Below, piece by piece: positions 1-12,115 of a DNA stretch of 64,000 bases. The notes under the pieces are model-generated. The model worked only from the letters and a program-made list of their open reading frames with translations. It was not told where the DNA came from and made no database searches. The position numbers and the translations under genes are program-made. The stretch's first letter is position 1, and the number at the start of each line of letters is the position of its first letter. The stretch comes from Haliotis rufescens. Its lineage: Eukaryota. The stretch is taken from positions 3,286,001 to 3,350,000 of the forward strand of contig NW_025964001.1 in assembly GCF_023055435.1 (NCBI RefSeq), in the 5' to 3' direction.

Positions 1-180
1 CTTAAACAAATTCTTAGCATTTGACAGTGTATACAAAATCGTAGCCTTGGACCTTTTATATAAATCGTACGCTTTGTCGGCGTATACAAAATCGTAGCGT
101 TTGACTTGTTTTACAAAACTTAGCCTTTGACATCCTAAACAAAGCCTTGGAATGCGTATACAAAATCGTCACATTAACAC
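1..180. repeat. Degenerate minisatellite (~26-28 bp unit, core ATACAAAATCGTAGCCTTTGAC), truncated by window edge
   Basis: ATACAAAATCGT recurs at ~31, ~83 and ~158, with looser variants between. Confidence 0.6.
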
Positions 181-508
181 CTTGTTCTGTCCCATCAATC
201 AGTATATTAATTATACGATCGAATTAACTGTAAGGACTTCCCATATCAACCAGCAGATATGACATTAAAAGAACAATAGTAGTGATATCTGTCTCGACAG
301 CGCGTAGCCATAAATACGTATGTCGACTAGTCCCCATAACCACAACAACATTACTCAACATCACTCCATGCACTTTTTAGCATCACATCAAAAGGTGACA
401 CTTATTTGACTCCATCTGTGATCCTCATAGATGCTAAACATATAACCTAAATGCCTCCATTATGCCTCGTTGGATGATATATAATCATGGGATTTATTTG
501 GGATATCC

Positions 509-752
509 GACCCATGAACACCCGGGGTAGAAGAGGTCTTCAGCAACCCTTTCTTGACGTAAAAGGCGACTAACGGTATCGGGTGGTCAGGCTCGTTGAC
601 TTGATTAATGTATGCCATCGTATCCCAATTACGTGGATCGATGCTCATGACATCAATCACCGGACTTTCTTTTCCAGACTCGTTTATTTACAGACCGCAG
701 TAATATAGCTGGAATATCGCTGAGTGCGGCGTTAAACAACAAACAAACAAAC
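509..752 (+). mobile_element. SINE-like family A copy (non-tRNA head)
   Basis: Matches other copies: CCGGGGTAGAA.AGGTCTTCAGCAACCC...AGGCGACTAACG...GCTGGAATAT.GCTGAGTGCGGCGTTAAAC followed by an (AAAC)n tail. Confidence 0.85.
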
Positions 753-2228
753 CTACCTTACTGGTACTGTGAGTGAGTCTAAGCTGAAAAAAAACTGCAA
801 ACACCAACAACGAATAACCATTTCTTATTTGTTTTATTTTGAGCCACCATCAAACATGAGTGTATACTTAATGCTGCCTGACTGTTTATATTCGACTTGA
901 GGATAAACCAGTCACACAGACAAAATATATTGATTTTGTAAAGAATAACATTTCTCATCAATCAGACACCGAGTGTGTTAACAGCACTGACATTACCAGA
1001 TCCGCGGATATCCTGACTTAAGCTTAAGTTCCCCTCGATGGCACAGGCCCAAGTAGGCTCGTGAACAGAACAACATCGACGACTAGATGGCAGGGCTCCA
1101 ACCTTGGAGCCGACCGTCGGCTTATCGCCGCATCACGCTGGGCTCCCAATATCCTGCTCAAGAGGATGTCACGGCAGAGGATTAAGTCGCACGCATTTGA
1201 AAGTTTAAACAAGATTTAATGCCTCTATTGACACATATAGAATAGGCACGGCACGAATACCATGCGTGGGCCACGGCGATGTGGATAAAGAGGGCCAGAA
1301 AAAGTACTAGCGTATTATGAAGAACCAAAGGGTTACTAACACCGGTGCAGGAAGGAGAAACTATATCATAAGCTTCGATCCGACGCCGGGAGGGGAGATT
1401 GATTCCCTCTGCACCTGTCATCAACATCGGTGACGAGAGTCTTTTCAACCATACACTTTCTGCAGGACTGTTTTTTTTGTCCTTTACAAATGTTAAATCG
1501 TTAAAAATGAGACCATATGTCCTGATGTTCATTTGCGGGGTTGCTATGACGATATATCCTTAATCACATGTCTGGTATTTTATCGAAAAAATTCTTTAAA
1601 AGTTATTATGCTTCAGACTTTCGAAAAGGAAAAATATAGCCTGCAGCAAGAATTGCATTGTTGCAAGGTGTTTTTCTTCAACCAAAAAGCAGGTTCATAT
1701 TTTTAAATGAAATATATCTGGTTATTAATATATTAATATTTAGTCTCGCTTCAAAATCCCAGATCCTAAACACAAACTTACACACGTTCCTTGTCCCATA
1801 AGTTTGACATGTTTTGGTCATAACATGTTTAGAATTGTGTTTAACAGCTAAACGTGTTTATGGTCTAAATGTGTATACAACCCATGAAATTCATTGTAAG
1901 TATTTTTTAAAAGGGGTGCATTTTATGAGTTTCATGGGACTACATTATTGTGTGTATGGTGGTGGGTGGAATAAAAGCTATTTTAGCAGTATGAATGGAT
2001 TAATGTTTGGGTGGGTTGGTGGTGGTAACTAAACAAAGTTAAGGGTCTATCGTAGTCAGCTTCCTGTATGTGAGAAATACTTCTAGTCAACATATTTATT
2101 TTTTAAGAACACATAAATGTTTAAACCTCGGCGGAATACGAACCTGCAACCTCTTCTTGTGTAGTCCCTCATCACGGGTGTCAGCTATCCTTGCCACCAT
2201 TACCTGAGTTAGGTCGTTGTAAGTCCTG

Positions 2229-2335
2229 GGCCCACTTGAACAAAGCGATCTTAGCGCGATGACTTTTGTAAGCCTATGTTAAAGTATTGGAGTTAAGATC
2301 ATCTTAGCGATAAGATCGCTTTGTGCAAGTGGGCC
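2229..2335. mobile_element. Short MITE with ~25-bp terminal inverted repeats (possibly PIF/Harbinger-type)
   Basis: Left GGCCCACTTGAACAAAGCGATCTTA; right TAAGATCGCTTTGTGCAAGTGGGCC (one mismatch). Flanks CTG/TTG fit a 3-bp TSD. Superfamily is inferred. Confidence 0.7.
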
Positions 2336-2728
2336 TTGGTGGCATAGGAGTTATGCGAGTGCCTGTGAATCTGTAAACTTTAAACATGTTTATAATCAAA
2401 ACAATGAACAATGGTCCTGTGAACTGTGTTCGAAGACTTGCTACATATTTATTACATCTGTTTAAGGTACATGCAACATTTATGTTGACTCAACCCATTA
2501 CATTATACCATACATGATGTGATTAATATTTTAAGCCAATTTATTTCTGTGACTTTAGACTCTTCGTTTCTAAATCGTGTAACGTCTCACCGCGCCAAGA
2601 AGAACTGGTATGCCTATTGTGCTATGGGCCACTGGCCTCCAAGTGCAGAAATACAGTCTCATGCCTCATCTCGTGTATCATGTATCATGTTTAGGTGGTC
2701 TTTAGGCTGTGAGACTCATTCATTTAAG

Positions 2729-3079
2729 GTGAGGTGAAATGGGGTTTAACGTCGCGTCCAAGATTATTGCACTTATATAGCGACGTGCATGTACGTGTGT
2801 GTGTTTGTGTGGCTGCTTGTACTAGTCCGGACTGATGCCGATTTATAGTGCTAGCTCACTGAGATACCATGCCGCAGTTTAACATGAATACCCCACTCAG
2901 ACACAGTATACTGACTCCGAGCCGACCAGTCCTTGTTTTAGCCCCTTAATGCCGAGCGCCAGACAGGGTAACAACAAGTACCATCTTTTAACGTCTTTTG
3001 GTATGACGCGGCCGGGGATCGAACCCCGGACCTTCCGCTCTCCGGGCGGACGCTCTACCACAAGACCACGGAGGCGGTC
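2729..3079 (-). mobile_element. tRNA-derived SINE family B (Meta/MESC-type central domain)
   Basis: Minus strand has A box (TGGTCTTGTGGTAGAGCG) and B box (GGTTCGATCCC), central GGTACTTGTTGTTACCCTGTCTGGCGCTCGGCATTAAGGGG...GTCAGTATACTGTGTCTGAGTGGGG, and a (CACCT)n tail. 12-bp TSD CATTCATTTAAG at 2717-2728 and 3080-3091. Domain name recalled from MetaSINE consensus, not searched. Confidence 0.9.
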
Positions 3080-3239
3080 CATTCATTTAAGACTAAATGC
3101 GTTTAGATAGAACACACATGTGTATTCCGTTTAGAATGTATCACATTCCTAATCATGTTTAGACATGAACATGTTTCAGGTGTTTACATTCTTAACACAT
3201 TTTGTACAGCTCAAGGTCTTTAGGTGTTTGTTTGTATAT

Positions 3240-3246
3240 GTGTGTG

Positions 3247-3294
<48 letters not shown>

Positions 3295-3298
3295 TGTG
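3240..3298. repeat. (TGCG)n microsatellite
   Basis: Direct reading. Confidence 0.95.
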
Positions 3299-3684
3299 TC
3301 CTACACCAGCAATGATATCAATGGATGTATTCACAAATCTGTTCATCAAAACCTAGTCAGATCTTTCTATATTTACCTTATACACAACACAAAGTGAATC
3401 GATTTGATATTCGTGAAGTCAGACGTACCAACCAGCACGATTCTACGCTCTACTGTCTCCCAGCATTCGTGGTGACCGAGCAATTGTTATCGGCCAATTT
3501 GGACGTCATCATATTCCATCCATCATCCAGAGAACGCAGAAAGTAGCTTGGCCTCCGAGTGGATATGACATTGACGGACACAATGATCCTAATGATTGAT
3601 ACCCCAGGACAAAGATGACCAGACACTGACCGGGGTCATCCTGTTACAGCTGGTCTGTGTGTAGGCTGGTTCTGCTGTCTTCTT

Positions 3685-4140
3685 TTGTTTGTTTGTTGTT
3701 TAACGCCGCACTCAGCAATATTCCAGCTAAATGACGGCGGTCTGTAAATAATCGAGTCTGGACCACACAATCCATTGATTGACATCATGAGCATTGATCT
3801 ACGCAATTGGGATACGATGCCATTCATCAACCAAGTCAGCGAGTCTGACCACCCGATCCCGTTAGTCGCCTCTTACGACAAGCATAGTCACTTTTTATGG
3901 CAAACATGAGTTCCTGAAGACCTATTCTAACCCGTGTCAATCTATATGACGGCGGTCTGTAAATTATCGATTCCAGGCCAGACAATCCAGTGACTGACAT
4001 TATAAGCATCAATCTACGCAACTGGGATATAATGACATGCATCAACCAAGTCAGCGAGCATGACCACCCGATCCCGTAAGTCGCCTCTTACAACAAGCAT
4101 GGGTTGCTGAAGACCTATTCTAACCCGGATCTTCCCGGGG
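3685..4140 (-). mobile_element. Two head-to-tail SINE family A copies (3685-3934 and 3942-4140)
   Basis: Both are reverse complements of the family A body. The second lacks the 3' tail but keeps the 5' head (minus strand CCCGGGAAGATCCGGGTTAGAATAGGTCTTCAGC). Confidence 0.85.
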
Positions 4141-4299
4141 GCCAAGCACCATGGTTTTGTACATGATGGCTAAAATGAGGGGTCGGTGCTCAAGCTGTCG
4201 ACAAGCTACTTATCTCCCTTACCTCACACACACTGTTCCATAGAATATTACGTACCAGTTATATGTTACCCTGGCTACATCGAATGTGATCACTCGCTG

Positions 4300-4543
4300 G
4301 GCACACACACGCAGACACAAGCACACACACAGACACACACGCACAGACACAGACACACACGAACACAGACACACCGTCGCACGCACGCAGGCACACAGGG
4401 AGACACNNNNNNNNNNNNNNNNNNNNNNNNNNNNNNNNNNNNNNNNNNNNNNNNNNNNNNNNNNNNNNNNNNNNNNNNNNNNNNNNNNNNNNNNNNNNNN
4501 NNNNNNNNNNNNNNNNNNNNNNNNNNNNNNNNNNNNNNNNNNN
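4300..4543. repeat. CA-rich microsatellite followed by an N gap (4407-4543)
   Basis: Direct reading. Confidence 0.9.
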
Positions 4544-4650
4544 TGGTCTCTGGATTCTGTCATTGGATCCCTGCCTCTGTTTCGTCTTGCCACCGCGATA
4601 AAGCTGGAATTCAACTGACAGCGGCGTTGAACAACATGCACTCACTCACA
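4544..4650 (+). mobile_element. SINE 3' fragment with the shared tail
   Basis: CCGCGATAAAGCTGGAATTCAACTGACAGCGGCGTTGAACAACATGCACTCACTCA resembles the common tail. The 5' part is lost in the gap. Confidence 0.6.
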
Positions 4651-4769
4651 GTGCCCCAAACAATGAAACAAACAAACTGCATAAAAATAACGTTATCCCC
4701 CGCCGTGATATTATTGCAATGTTGCTATAAGCGGCGTCACTCTTTTAAAATACGAGTAATCCATAACAG

Positions 4770-5005
4770 AACAAAGATGGCGAACAACATGTAATTCAAT
4801 AATGGAGCAATTGCCTGTTCAACGGCGCGTCTATTGTCGTTCAGTTATCGACAAAACCAAGTCAGAGCCAAGTTAAGATGACGTCATGAAGGAACGACGT
4901 GTTTAAAACACAGCGAGCAGCACGCCGGCCGCCATGTTTACTTGTTTACATATATCCCAGCCATCCATGCGCCAACACTTAATGACGTCATTGCTACACG
5001 TGCAG
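4770..5005. promoter_or_regulatory. Putative promoter/enhancer motif cluster
   Basis: Two full CRE palindromes ATGACGTCAT (~4878, ~4982), YY1-like AAGATGGCG and CCGCCATGTT, forkhead-like TGTTTAC twice, and a CACGTG E-box. Motifs only; no expression evidence. Confidence 0.3.
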
Positions 5006-5290
5006 TGTGTCAGAGGCGGTGTGTAGACTCTGTAGATGCCTTTACATGCACACCTCGTTTGAAGTACGTACATATTTCATCAGTATCAAATACTTTGATT
5101 TCAGCCTTAGAATCGACCTTGAGGATACATTAAATAATTTGCACGGAATTCTTTTAAATATTTGTAATAATCGTGTTGTGGTCCAGCCTTGTGCTCATAT
5201 ATACATCCGGGTTCTCCTCTATCTATTATTAACAACTTCATTTCAAGCTGAGCAAAAACAACTGAAGTGGGCTGTTTAAGCTGTGATTGA

Positions 5291-5571
5291 GTGAGTGAGT
5301 GGGTGAGTTGTGTTTAACGCCGCTTCTAACAGTATTCCAGTTATATAACGGCATGTCAGCTTAATGGGGGAGGAAAGCCCGAAGTGATGCAGGTCTTAGA
5401 CGTTTACCACTTCGGTGAAACCCACATGCAGGGGTGTGGTGCTGACAAACCTAGAAACAAACCGGAGACAAACCGGGATTCAAATCCACATCCTAGGTTT
5501 CTCGGCGCCCAAGGGACGCAACTCTGTACAGCGAATTGCGGCGCTTTAGACGACTGGGCCTCTTGTACCCC
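5291..5571 (-). mobile_element. tRNA-derived SINE family C
   Basis: Minus-strand A box GGCCCAGTCGTCTAAAGCGC, degenerate B box, shared tail with (ACTC)n, imperfect TSD TAAG..TGATTGA. Confidence 0.85.
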
Positions 5572-6159
5572 TTAAGGCTGATTGAACCTGCTACTTGTCA
5601 TAACATCCATGTGGCCGTCGATTCACTATGAGGGTGCTCAAGAACATGTAGGGTATTGATTACGAATATGGATGTAGCAGTATTCATAAAGAGTTTTGTT
5701 TTAAGAATTCAATATTCCGTTTGCTACTCAGAACATAGAACAGCAAAAACATTACGTTTCGCACCTTTATTCTTAGTTAGTCCACCTGTTGTGTGTGTTA
5801 GAATTGCCGGCGGTGCGACACTCAAATAGAATTGTAGATGCTGTTGATCCTCAACTACCGTGGTTTCACTGGAGGCACTGACTATTTGCTTTAAGACTGT
5901 TATATAAACCGCGTTGAGCCTTACTTATCCTCCTGAAGTAATTCTAAACAAACTGTTGTATTAAAGTCTTTCTTTGATGTTTTGCTGTAGCTTGTTGTCC
6001 TGCTCTACCTTGCGGTAAATTGCAAATCTGCCCCTCTTTTGTTCTAAGAGTAAACACGCGGCTTTAGGACATACCGTATTTCTTCGATTAAACCTTAAAC
6101 CCCGGGTTACAGGGTCTCGATTAAACGCCAGGCCTCGATTAAACGCCGAGTAGTTAAGA

Positions 6160-6522
6160 GGTGAGGTGAGGTGAGGTGAAATTGGGTTTAACGTCGCGTC
6201 CAAGATTATTGCACTTATATAGCGACGTGCATGCATGTGTGTGTGTGTGTGTGTGGCTGCTTGTACTAGTCCGGACTGATGCCGATTTATAGTGCTAGCT
6301 CACTGAGATACCATGCCGCAGTTTAACATGAATACCCCACTCAGACACAGTATACTGACTCCGAGCCGACCAGTCCTTGTTTTAGCCCCTTAATGCCGAG
6401 CGCCAGACAGGGTAACAACAAGTACAATCTTTTAACGTCTTTTTATATGACGCGGCCCGGGATCGAACCCTGGACCTTCCGCTCTCCGGGCGGACGCTCT
6501 ACCACAAGACCACGGAGGCGGT
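6160..6522 (-). mobile_element. SINE family B
   Basis: Nearly identical to 2729-3079. 13-bp TSD CGAGTAGTTAAGA at 6147-6159 and 6523-6535. Confidence 0.92.
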
Positions 6523-6829
6523 CGAGTAGTTAAGACAAATGAATGAAAGCGCCAGTTTCATGACCCATACCGAATTGAATTTCAGACAACTGTATGCGTA
6601 CACGCCAATGTACCAGCTCAACAGAAGCATTTAGAGAACTTTTAAACTACGGTACCGAAGTTGGGTCGGAACGAATCATTAGTCGGAAGTTGAAATTCTG
6701 AACGCTGGGCCCCGATTATACGGGAGCGTAAAGATTGCCTGGAAGAAATATAGCGCTGGGCGTATAGTTGAGGAAATACGCTAGAGGATGAGGTTTAGCA
6801 AAATTCCAGTTATTTGTACGACGTGGGAC

Positions 6830-6929
6830 ACAGAGTAAGGTTTCCCACTTGTATCGATGTGGAGACTCGAACATGGACCTTCAGCGTGACGAGCCAAGAT
6901 TTGACCACGTGGCTACCTCACCGCGCCCC
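6830..6929 (-). mobile_element. Old, diverged family D-like SINE head
   Basis: Minus strand GGTAGCCACGTGGTCAAATC..GGCTCGTCACGCTGAAGGTCCATGTTCGAGTC resembles the family D head. Confidence 0.55.
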
Positions 6930-6970
6930 GCGCACCATGTTTAAACTCGCAATATTGAAACAGGGATCAA

Positions 6971-7136
6971 TTGATTGATTGAGTGTGGTTTTACGCCGCT
7001 TTTAGCAATATTCCAGCAATATCACGGCGGGGGACACCAGAAATGGGCTTCACACATTGTACCCATGTCGGGAATTGAACCCGGGTCTTCGGCGTGACGA
7101 GCGAACGCTTTAACCACTAGGCTACCCGACCGCCCC
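6971..7136 (-). mobile_element. Short tRNA(Asp)-like SINE family D
   Basis: Minus strand GGTAGCCTAGTGGTTAAAGCGTTCGCTCGTCACGCCGAAGACCCGGGTTCAATTCCC plus shared tail. TSD TGAAACAGGGA(T/C)CAA at 6956-6970 and 7137-7151. Confidence 0.92.
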
Positions 7137-7631
7137 TGAAACAGGGACCAACTCAGAGGCAGATAAATATGGTGGCCGAGTAGCACAGGGGCACCTTACA
7201 TGGCGTACATGTTTTGTGCGATAAAGATTTGAAAATATTTTTTAAATGAATAATTAACAAAAACATCTGAATTTGATCTATAACTTTCATGGATATTAAA
7301 TATAATATATACGTAGTATAATTTGACAAATATTATATATAGGGGCAAAGATATCGGTGTAATTATTCTCATTGAACATTGTCATATCTTATTCATCTGA
7401 TTGGCTAATTCATGCTTAATTGTACAAATATTTCCAGTGTTTGCAAATCGGCCCATAATCATGTTACGACATGTAAACGCATTGTCGCAAATGATTACAG
7501 ATGATGTCACCCATTATTCATGGACTCACAATCCGTTTTATGTAACGTCGTTCCCGCAAAAATAGATCGATTGAGCTGAAGTCTCCACCTGTGATCGGGA
7601 AAACCTATTTTTTCTTCATTATCTCAGGAGA

Positions 7632-7797
7632 GTGAGTGAGTGAGTATGGTTTTACGCCGCTTTTAGCAATATTCCAGCAATATCACGGCGGGGGACACCA
7701 GAAATGGGCTTCACACATTGTACCCATGTCGGGAATCGAACCCGGGTCTTCCGCGTGACGAGCGAACGCTTTAACCACTAGGCTACCCGACAGCCCC
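7632..7797 (-). mobile_element. SINE family D
   Basis: Near-identical to 6971-7136. TSD TTATCTCAG(G/A)AGA. Confidence 0.92.
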
Positions 7798-7830
7798 TTA
7801 TCTCAGAAGAAGAACTGTGGGTAATATATA

Positions 7831-7963
7831 TATAAAATAACCTACTCGTAACTCGGAATTGCGGATTACTTGTCATTCCTGATATAGTGTTGAATGTCCG
7901 TCGCTAAGGCTCGGAAACTCGGGATAGATAAATATTTCCCCATGCTCGCGAGTAGTTATTTAT
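7831..7963. repeat. Imperfect inverted repeat, possibly the end of a non-autonomous DNA element
   Basis: Left arm TATAAAATAACCTACTCGT; reverse complement of right arm TATAAATAACTACTCGCG. Confidence 0.45.
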
Positions 7964-8119
7964 AGTTTAGACTAGCGCCAATGTGTAAGTCTGTATCAAA
8001 CAATTCTGTAGTTGTTATTTTATCAATCATACAACTACGGTTTACAATAAACAAATCTCTGTGTGGCTTTTACTCACAGTGTTCAAAGATAGTCTACACA
8101 GTCAAATAATTTAGGGGAC

Positions 8120-8246
8120 TGACTCACTCGCCCGCTCGCTCGCCCGCCCACCTCGCCTCGCCTCGCCTCGCCTCGCCTCACTCACTCACTCACTCACTCA
8201 CTCACTCACTCACTTACTCACTCACTCACTCACTCACTCACTCACT
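8120..8246. repeat. Compound microsatellite (CTCGC)n-(CTCA)n
   Basis: Direct reading. Confidence 0.95.
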
Positions 8247-9686
8247 CGTGAGATATATGCTACACAAACTGGTGTTACTTTGCCCGCGCTGAAATCTAGT
8301 TCAAGTAGAATATAAAACCTACTGCGCATCACTAATCATACAAAACCTCAACATACGAGGAGACTTAACTGTAACCCTAGTTGGTATATTGACGTGGGTT
8401 CCGATCACCTACATACATACATACGTGGAGGCTCCTTGCAAGTTCATGTTACATTGTGAAACTGATAGTTATGACAAACAACATGCCTACCTCTTACATT
8501 CCGCTCTACTTCTTTGAATACATAGATGGCTCATCATATCAATTTAAATGGTTGTCTTATCGACCGGATAAATTTGATGGTTTCCTTTTTTCTCTCATCC
8601 ACAAGTGAAAATGTCAAGTCACTGTATAAGACAAAGGCAAGAAAAGATTTATGTTCTATATATCCTTAACGCACTAATCTCAGTGAGAAATCACGGCGTC
8701 ACTGTGGTTGAGTCCAAGAAGTTCAGGCACAAAGTGACATTATACTCGGTGACATATCGATTTCATAAACAGCCGGGCAAAAGAAAATATACACTTGAAA
8801 ATTTGATATGACCAAACTATTACAATCGTTATCAAAACGTTACTGGGCTGAAAACAGTCGCCGAAACACTACAAACGATAGGTCCAACACATCATACCCG
8901 TATAAAATCCATCACCAACGAATAACTATTTCTTGTTTGTTAAATTTTAGCCGCCATCAAACAAAGGTGTACTTTCTTTTGCCCGGCAGTTTATTTTCAG
9001 ATCCGTGCCTTTTTGTCACGACTTTCGTAATTCGTAAGAAGAAAATGGCCAATTAAAATGAAAGCGATATTCTCAACCCACACTCATGAACCACTTTAGA
9101 ATTACAAGGGTGACACGTGGTGTTCTCGAACCAACAGGGCATGTCAAGCCTTGCTTGTAACAACCGAGCTACGGTCAAGGTCACGCTACTGTTAACCCCG
9201 GAACGTTCTACGCCCTTCAAGAAATAATTTTCTCTGAAGATACAGGCGAAACAAACAGTTCCATCTCACTCATCTGCGATGTGTGCGGTTACTTGAAGTG
9301 TTTCATTATCATACTGTGGCTCTCTCTTTCAAGGCTATTCTGGCCACAACTACAAATACAGATGTGCCTGAAATATATCCTTGCCGTGTCTTTCAAAGGC
9401 TTCTGAAGAAAAAGGATATATTTCAGTAACATAGGAATACACCGTGAAATAACGCCAGCAAAGAATCACTGACAGCATGAACGTCGGAGTGAACAGCACC
9501 GTTCAGCCTCTCGTCTACAGATATTTTAAAACCACATTATAACTAACAAATGCATTAGAATGACGGGCTTTAAAGGTGATTTTAAGTTATAAATACACTG
9601 CAAGGCCAAAGAAAGTATACACCCATGTTTGATGGTAGCTAAAATGAAATGAGGAATGGTTATTCGATGGTGACGTATTTGATGCG

Positions 9687-9939
9687 GATCGAGTCTGGAC
9701 CAGACAATCCAGTGATTGACTACTTGAGCATCGATCGATACAATTAGGATACGATGACATACATCAACTAATCGGGTGGCCAGGCTCGCTGACTGTTGCA
9801 TGTCATCGACCCCAATTGCGTGGATCGATGCTCATGATGTCAATTACTGGATTGTCTGGTCCTGACTCGACTATTTACAGACCGCCGTCATACAGCTGTA
9901 ATATTGCTGAGTGCGGCGTTAAACAACAAACAAACAAAC
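9687..9939. mobile_element. Inverted pair of family A fragments (minus 9687-9770, plus 9771-9939)
   Basis: The left part is the reverse complement of the body carried by the right part. Confidence 0.8.
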
Positions 9940-10589
9940 GCTAAAGGCTAGAACACTATATGTATTTCACTATTTCAGTTTACATTTTGCATGGATTATA
10001 ATGAGTTAAATTGTGATGGGATCCCCTACAGAACTTGAAAAACTTCAATGGCGAACGATAGGAATAATACTCAATAATATTAATTTCAGTTATATACGAT
10101 GCAAAACCTTTAAATGTTTCAGAAAGATCAAATGTCGAACTTTGATGTTTCGAACTTGTAAAAGCTTCGTCCCTGCGTGTTCCTTCTTTATTGATTATTT
10201 TTCGGTTGTGTCGAAGCTCGGATAACTCGACGTATTTACGTAGGTCCCTTCAACTTTTACACAACGGCGTTGAACTGTAGCTTCCTGTTATGTATGTTCA
10301 TCTAGTACACTAAAACAACTCCATCAATCGATAAAAGACCTTGCTTTTAAGCAAACTGCGTCTCTGCTATCACGCGATATTTCTGTGCCCACATATGCAA
10401 TGTATTTTTTATTTGTGGATAAAATAAGTCGCAAAATAACGTTCATTATTATTGCCAAAGTTAGAGTTGGCAATATGACTAAGCCATATACGAGTTCAGA
10501 TGAAATAACTACTTCAAGATCTAGAATGACCTAGTGGCAACTCAATATTACATGAAATGACACAAGCTCCGGATATTTCATTAGATGAG

Positions 10590-11175
10590 TAAATAAGATC
10601 CAGGTGGAACTAATATGACTCAACTTTAGATCTGATAATATCACAACAGTGATATGACAATGGCGCAATATCTAGGCCTAAGATGTGAGAATGCCACAAG
10701 ACTCACAATGAAATTACTTGACTCATCTTTAGATTTGATATCAACTTAAACCGAAATAAGACAATGCCACGCTCTCTAGACCTAAGACCAGACAATGCCA
10801 CACTCTCTAGACCTAAGACAAGACAATGCCACGCTCTCTAGACCTAAGACAAGACAATGCCACGCTCTCTAGACCTAAGACAAGGCAATGCCACACTCTC
10901 TAGACCTAAGACAAGACAATGCCACACTCCCTAGACCTAAGACAAGATATACTAGACCTTAGATCAGACAATGATACAAGCTCTAGACCTAAGATCAGAC
11001 AATGATATAAGCTCTTGACCTAAGATTAGACAATGATAAAAGCTCTAGACCTAAGATAACAATGACACAGGCTCTTGACTTAAGACAAAGACAAAACCTC
11101 TAGACTAAAGACAAAGACAAACCTCTTGACTTAAGACAAGACAATGACACAAGTTCTAGACCTAAGATGAGACAA
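10590..11175. repeat. 31-bp minisatellite GACAATGCCACGCTCTCTAGACCTAAGACAA (homogeneous core 10760-10950, degenerate flanks)
   Basis: Period 31 (10760, 10791, 10822...). Confidence 0.9.
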
Positions 11176-11639
11176 TTATTATGTGACGTAACCAAAGTTA
11201 AGGCAAATTGCATTCGATATGCTGTCGTCAGCGTATACGAGCTTCAGACATATTCTCAGTTCTTTATATAGCTGATACATCTGTTTTCCAGTTGATCACA
11301 TCGTATTCGCAGTTCTTAATATGGATAATACATCTGTTTTCTAGTGGATTGTTTGGAAAACGAAACCGGAAACAATTTTGGCGCCACACGCTCACTTGAT
11401 CTCCTCCAGTTGCTTCGCTCGATCTGTTCTCGTAGACACGTACCCTGAAGATGGCATGTCAGTGGTAATCGCCTGCTTCTGTCCGTCTATTTTCATCAAT
11501 GAAATTGCGCCTTCTCGTGGAAGGCCCAGACTTGGCACTTCCGCTAGTAGTTACCAGCAGGAAACTTGAACAACACCCTGTCGTCGATGTCTACCATGTT
11601 CCGTACTGTGTCATTCGTCGATGGTGATCATTTGGTAAA

Positions 11640-12115
11640 CATCATTGAAGTAGGCCTGATCCCGTGAAATATGTCATTGATGTAGGCCTGATCCCGTTAA
11701 ATACGTCATTGATGTAGGCCTGATCCCGTTAAATATGTCATTGATGTAGGCCTGATCCCGTTAAATACATCATTGATGTAGGCCTGATCCCGTTAAATAC
11801 GTCATTGATGTAGGCCTGATCCCGTTAAATACGTCATTGATGTAGGCCTGATCCCGTTAAATATGTCATTGGTGTAGGCCTGATCCCGTTAAATACGTCA
11901 TTGATGTAGGTCTGATCCCGTTAAATACGTCATTGATGTAGGCCTGATCCCGTTAAATACGTCATTGATGTAGGCCTGATCCCGTTGACTACGTCATTGA
12001 TGTAGGTCTGATCCCTTGATATACGTCATTGATGTAGGCCTGATCACGTGGTATACATCATTAATGTAGGCTTGATCACGTGGGACACGTCATTGATGTA
12101 GGCTTGATCATGCCG
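11640..12115. repeat. 32-bp minisatellite GTCATTGATGTAGGCCTGATCCCGTTAAATAC
   Basis: Period 32 (11701 vs 11733), about 15 units. Confidence 0.95.

Noticed and set aside
4186-4794. ORFs spanning N runs (also 50192-50872 and 57307-58748)
   Set aside because: Artefacts of gaps and CA microsatellites.
6072-6654. Possible TACCGTA-ended DNA transposon around the SINE at 6160
   Set aside because: Only about 7 bp of terminal inversion; insufficient support.
6971-7136. Possible tRNA-Asp genes (also 7632, 40497, 63597)
   Set aside because: No acceptor stem or oligo-T terminator; they continue into the SINE tail and the best copies have TSDs.
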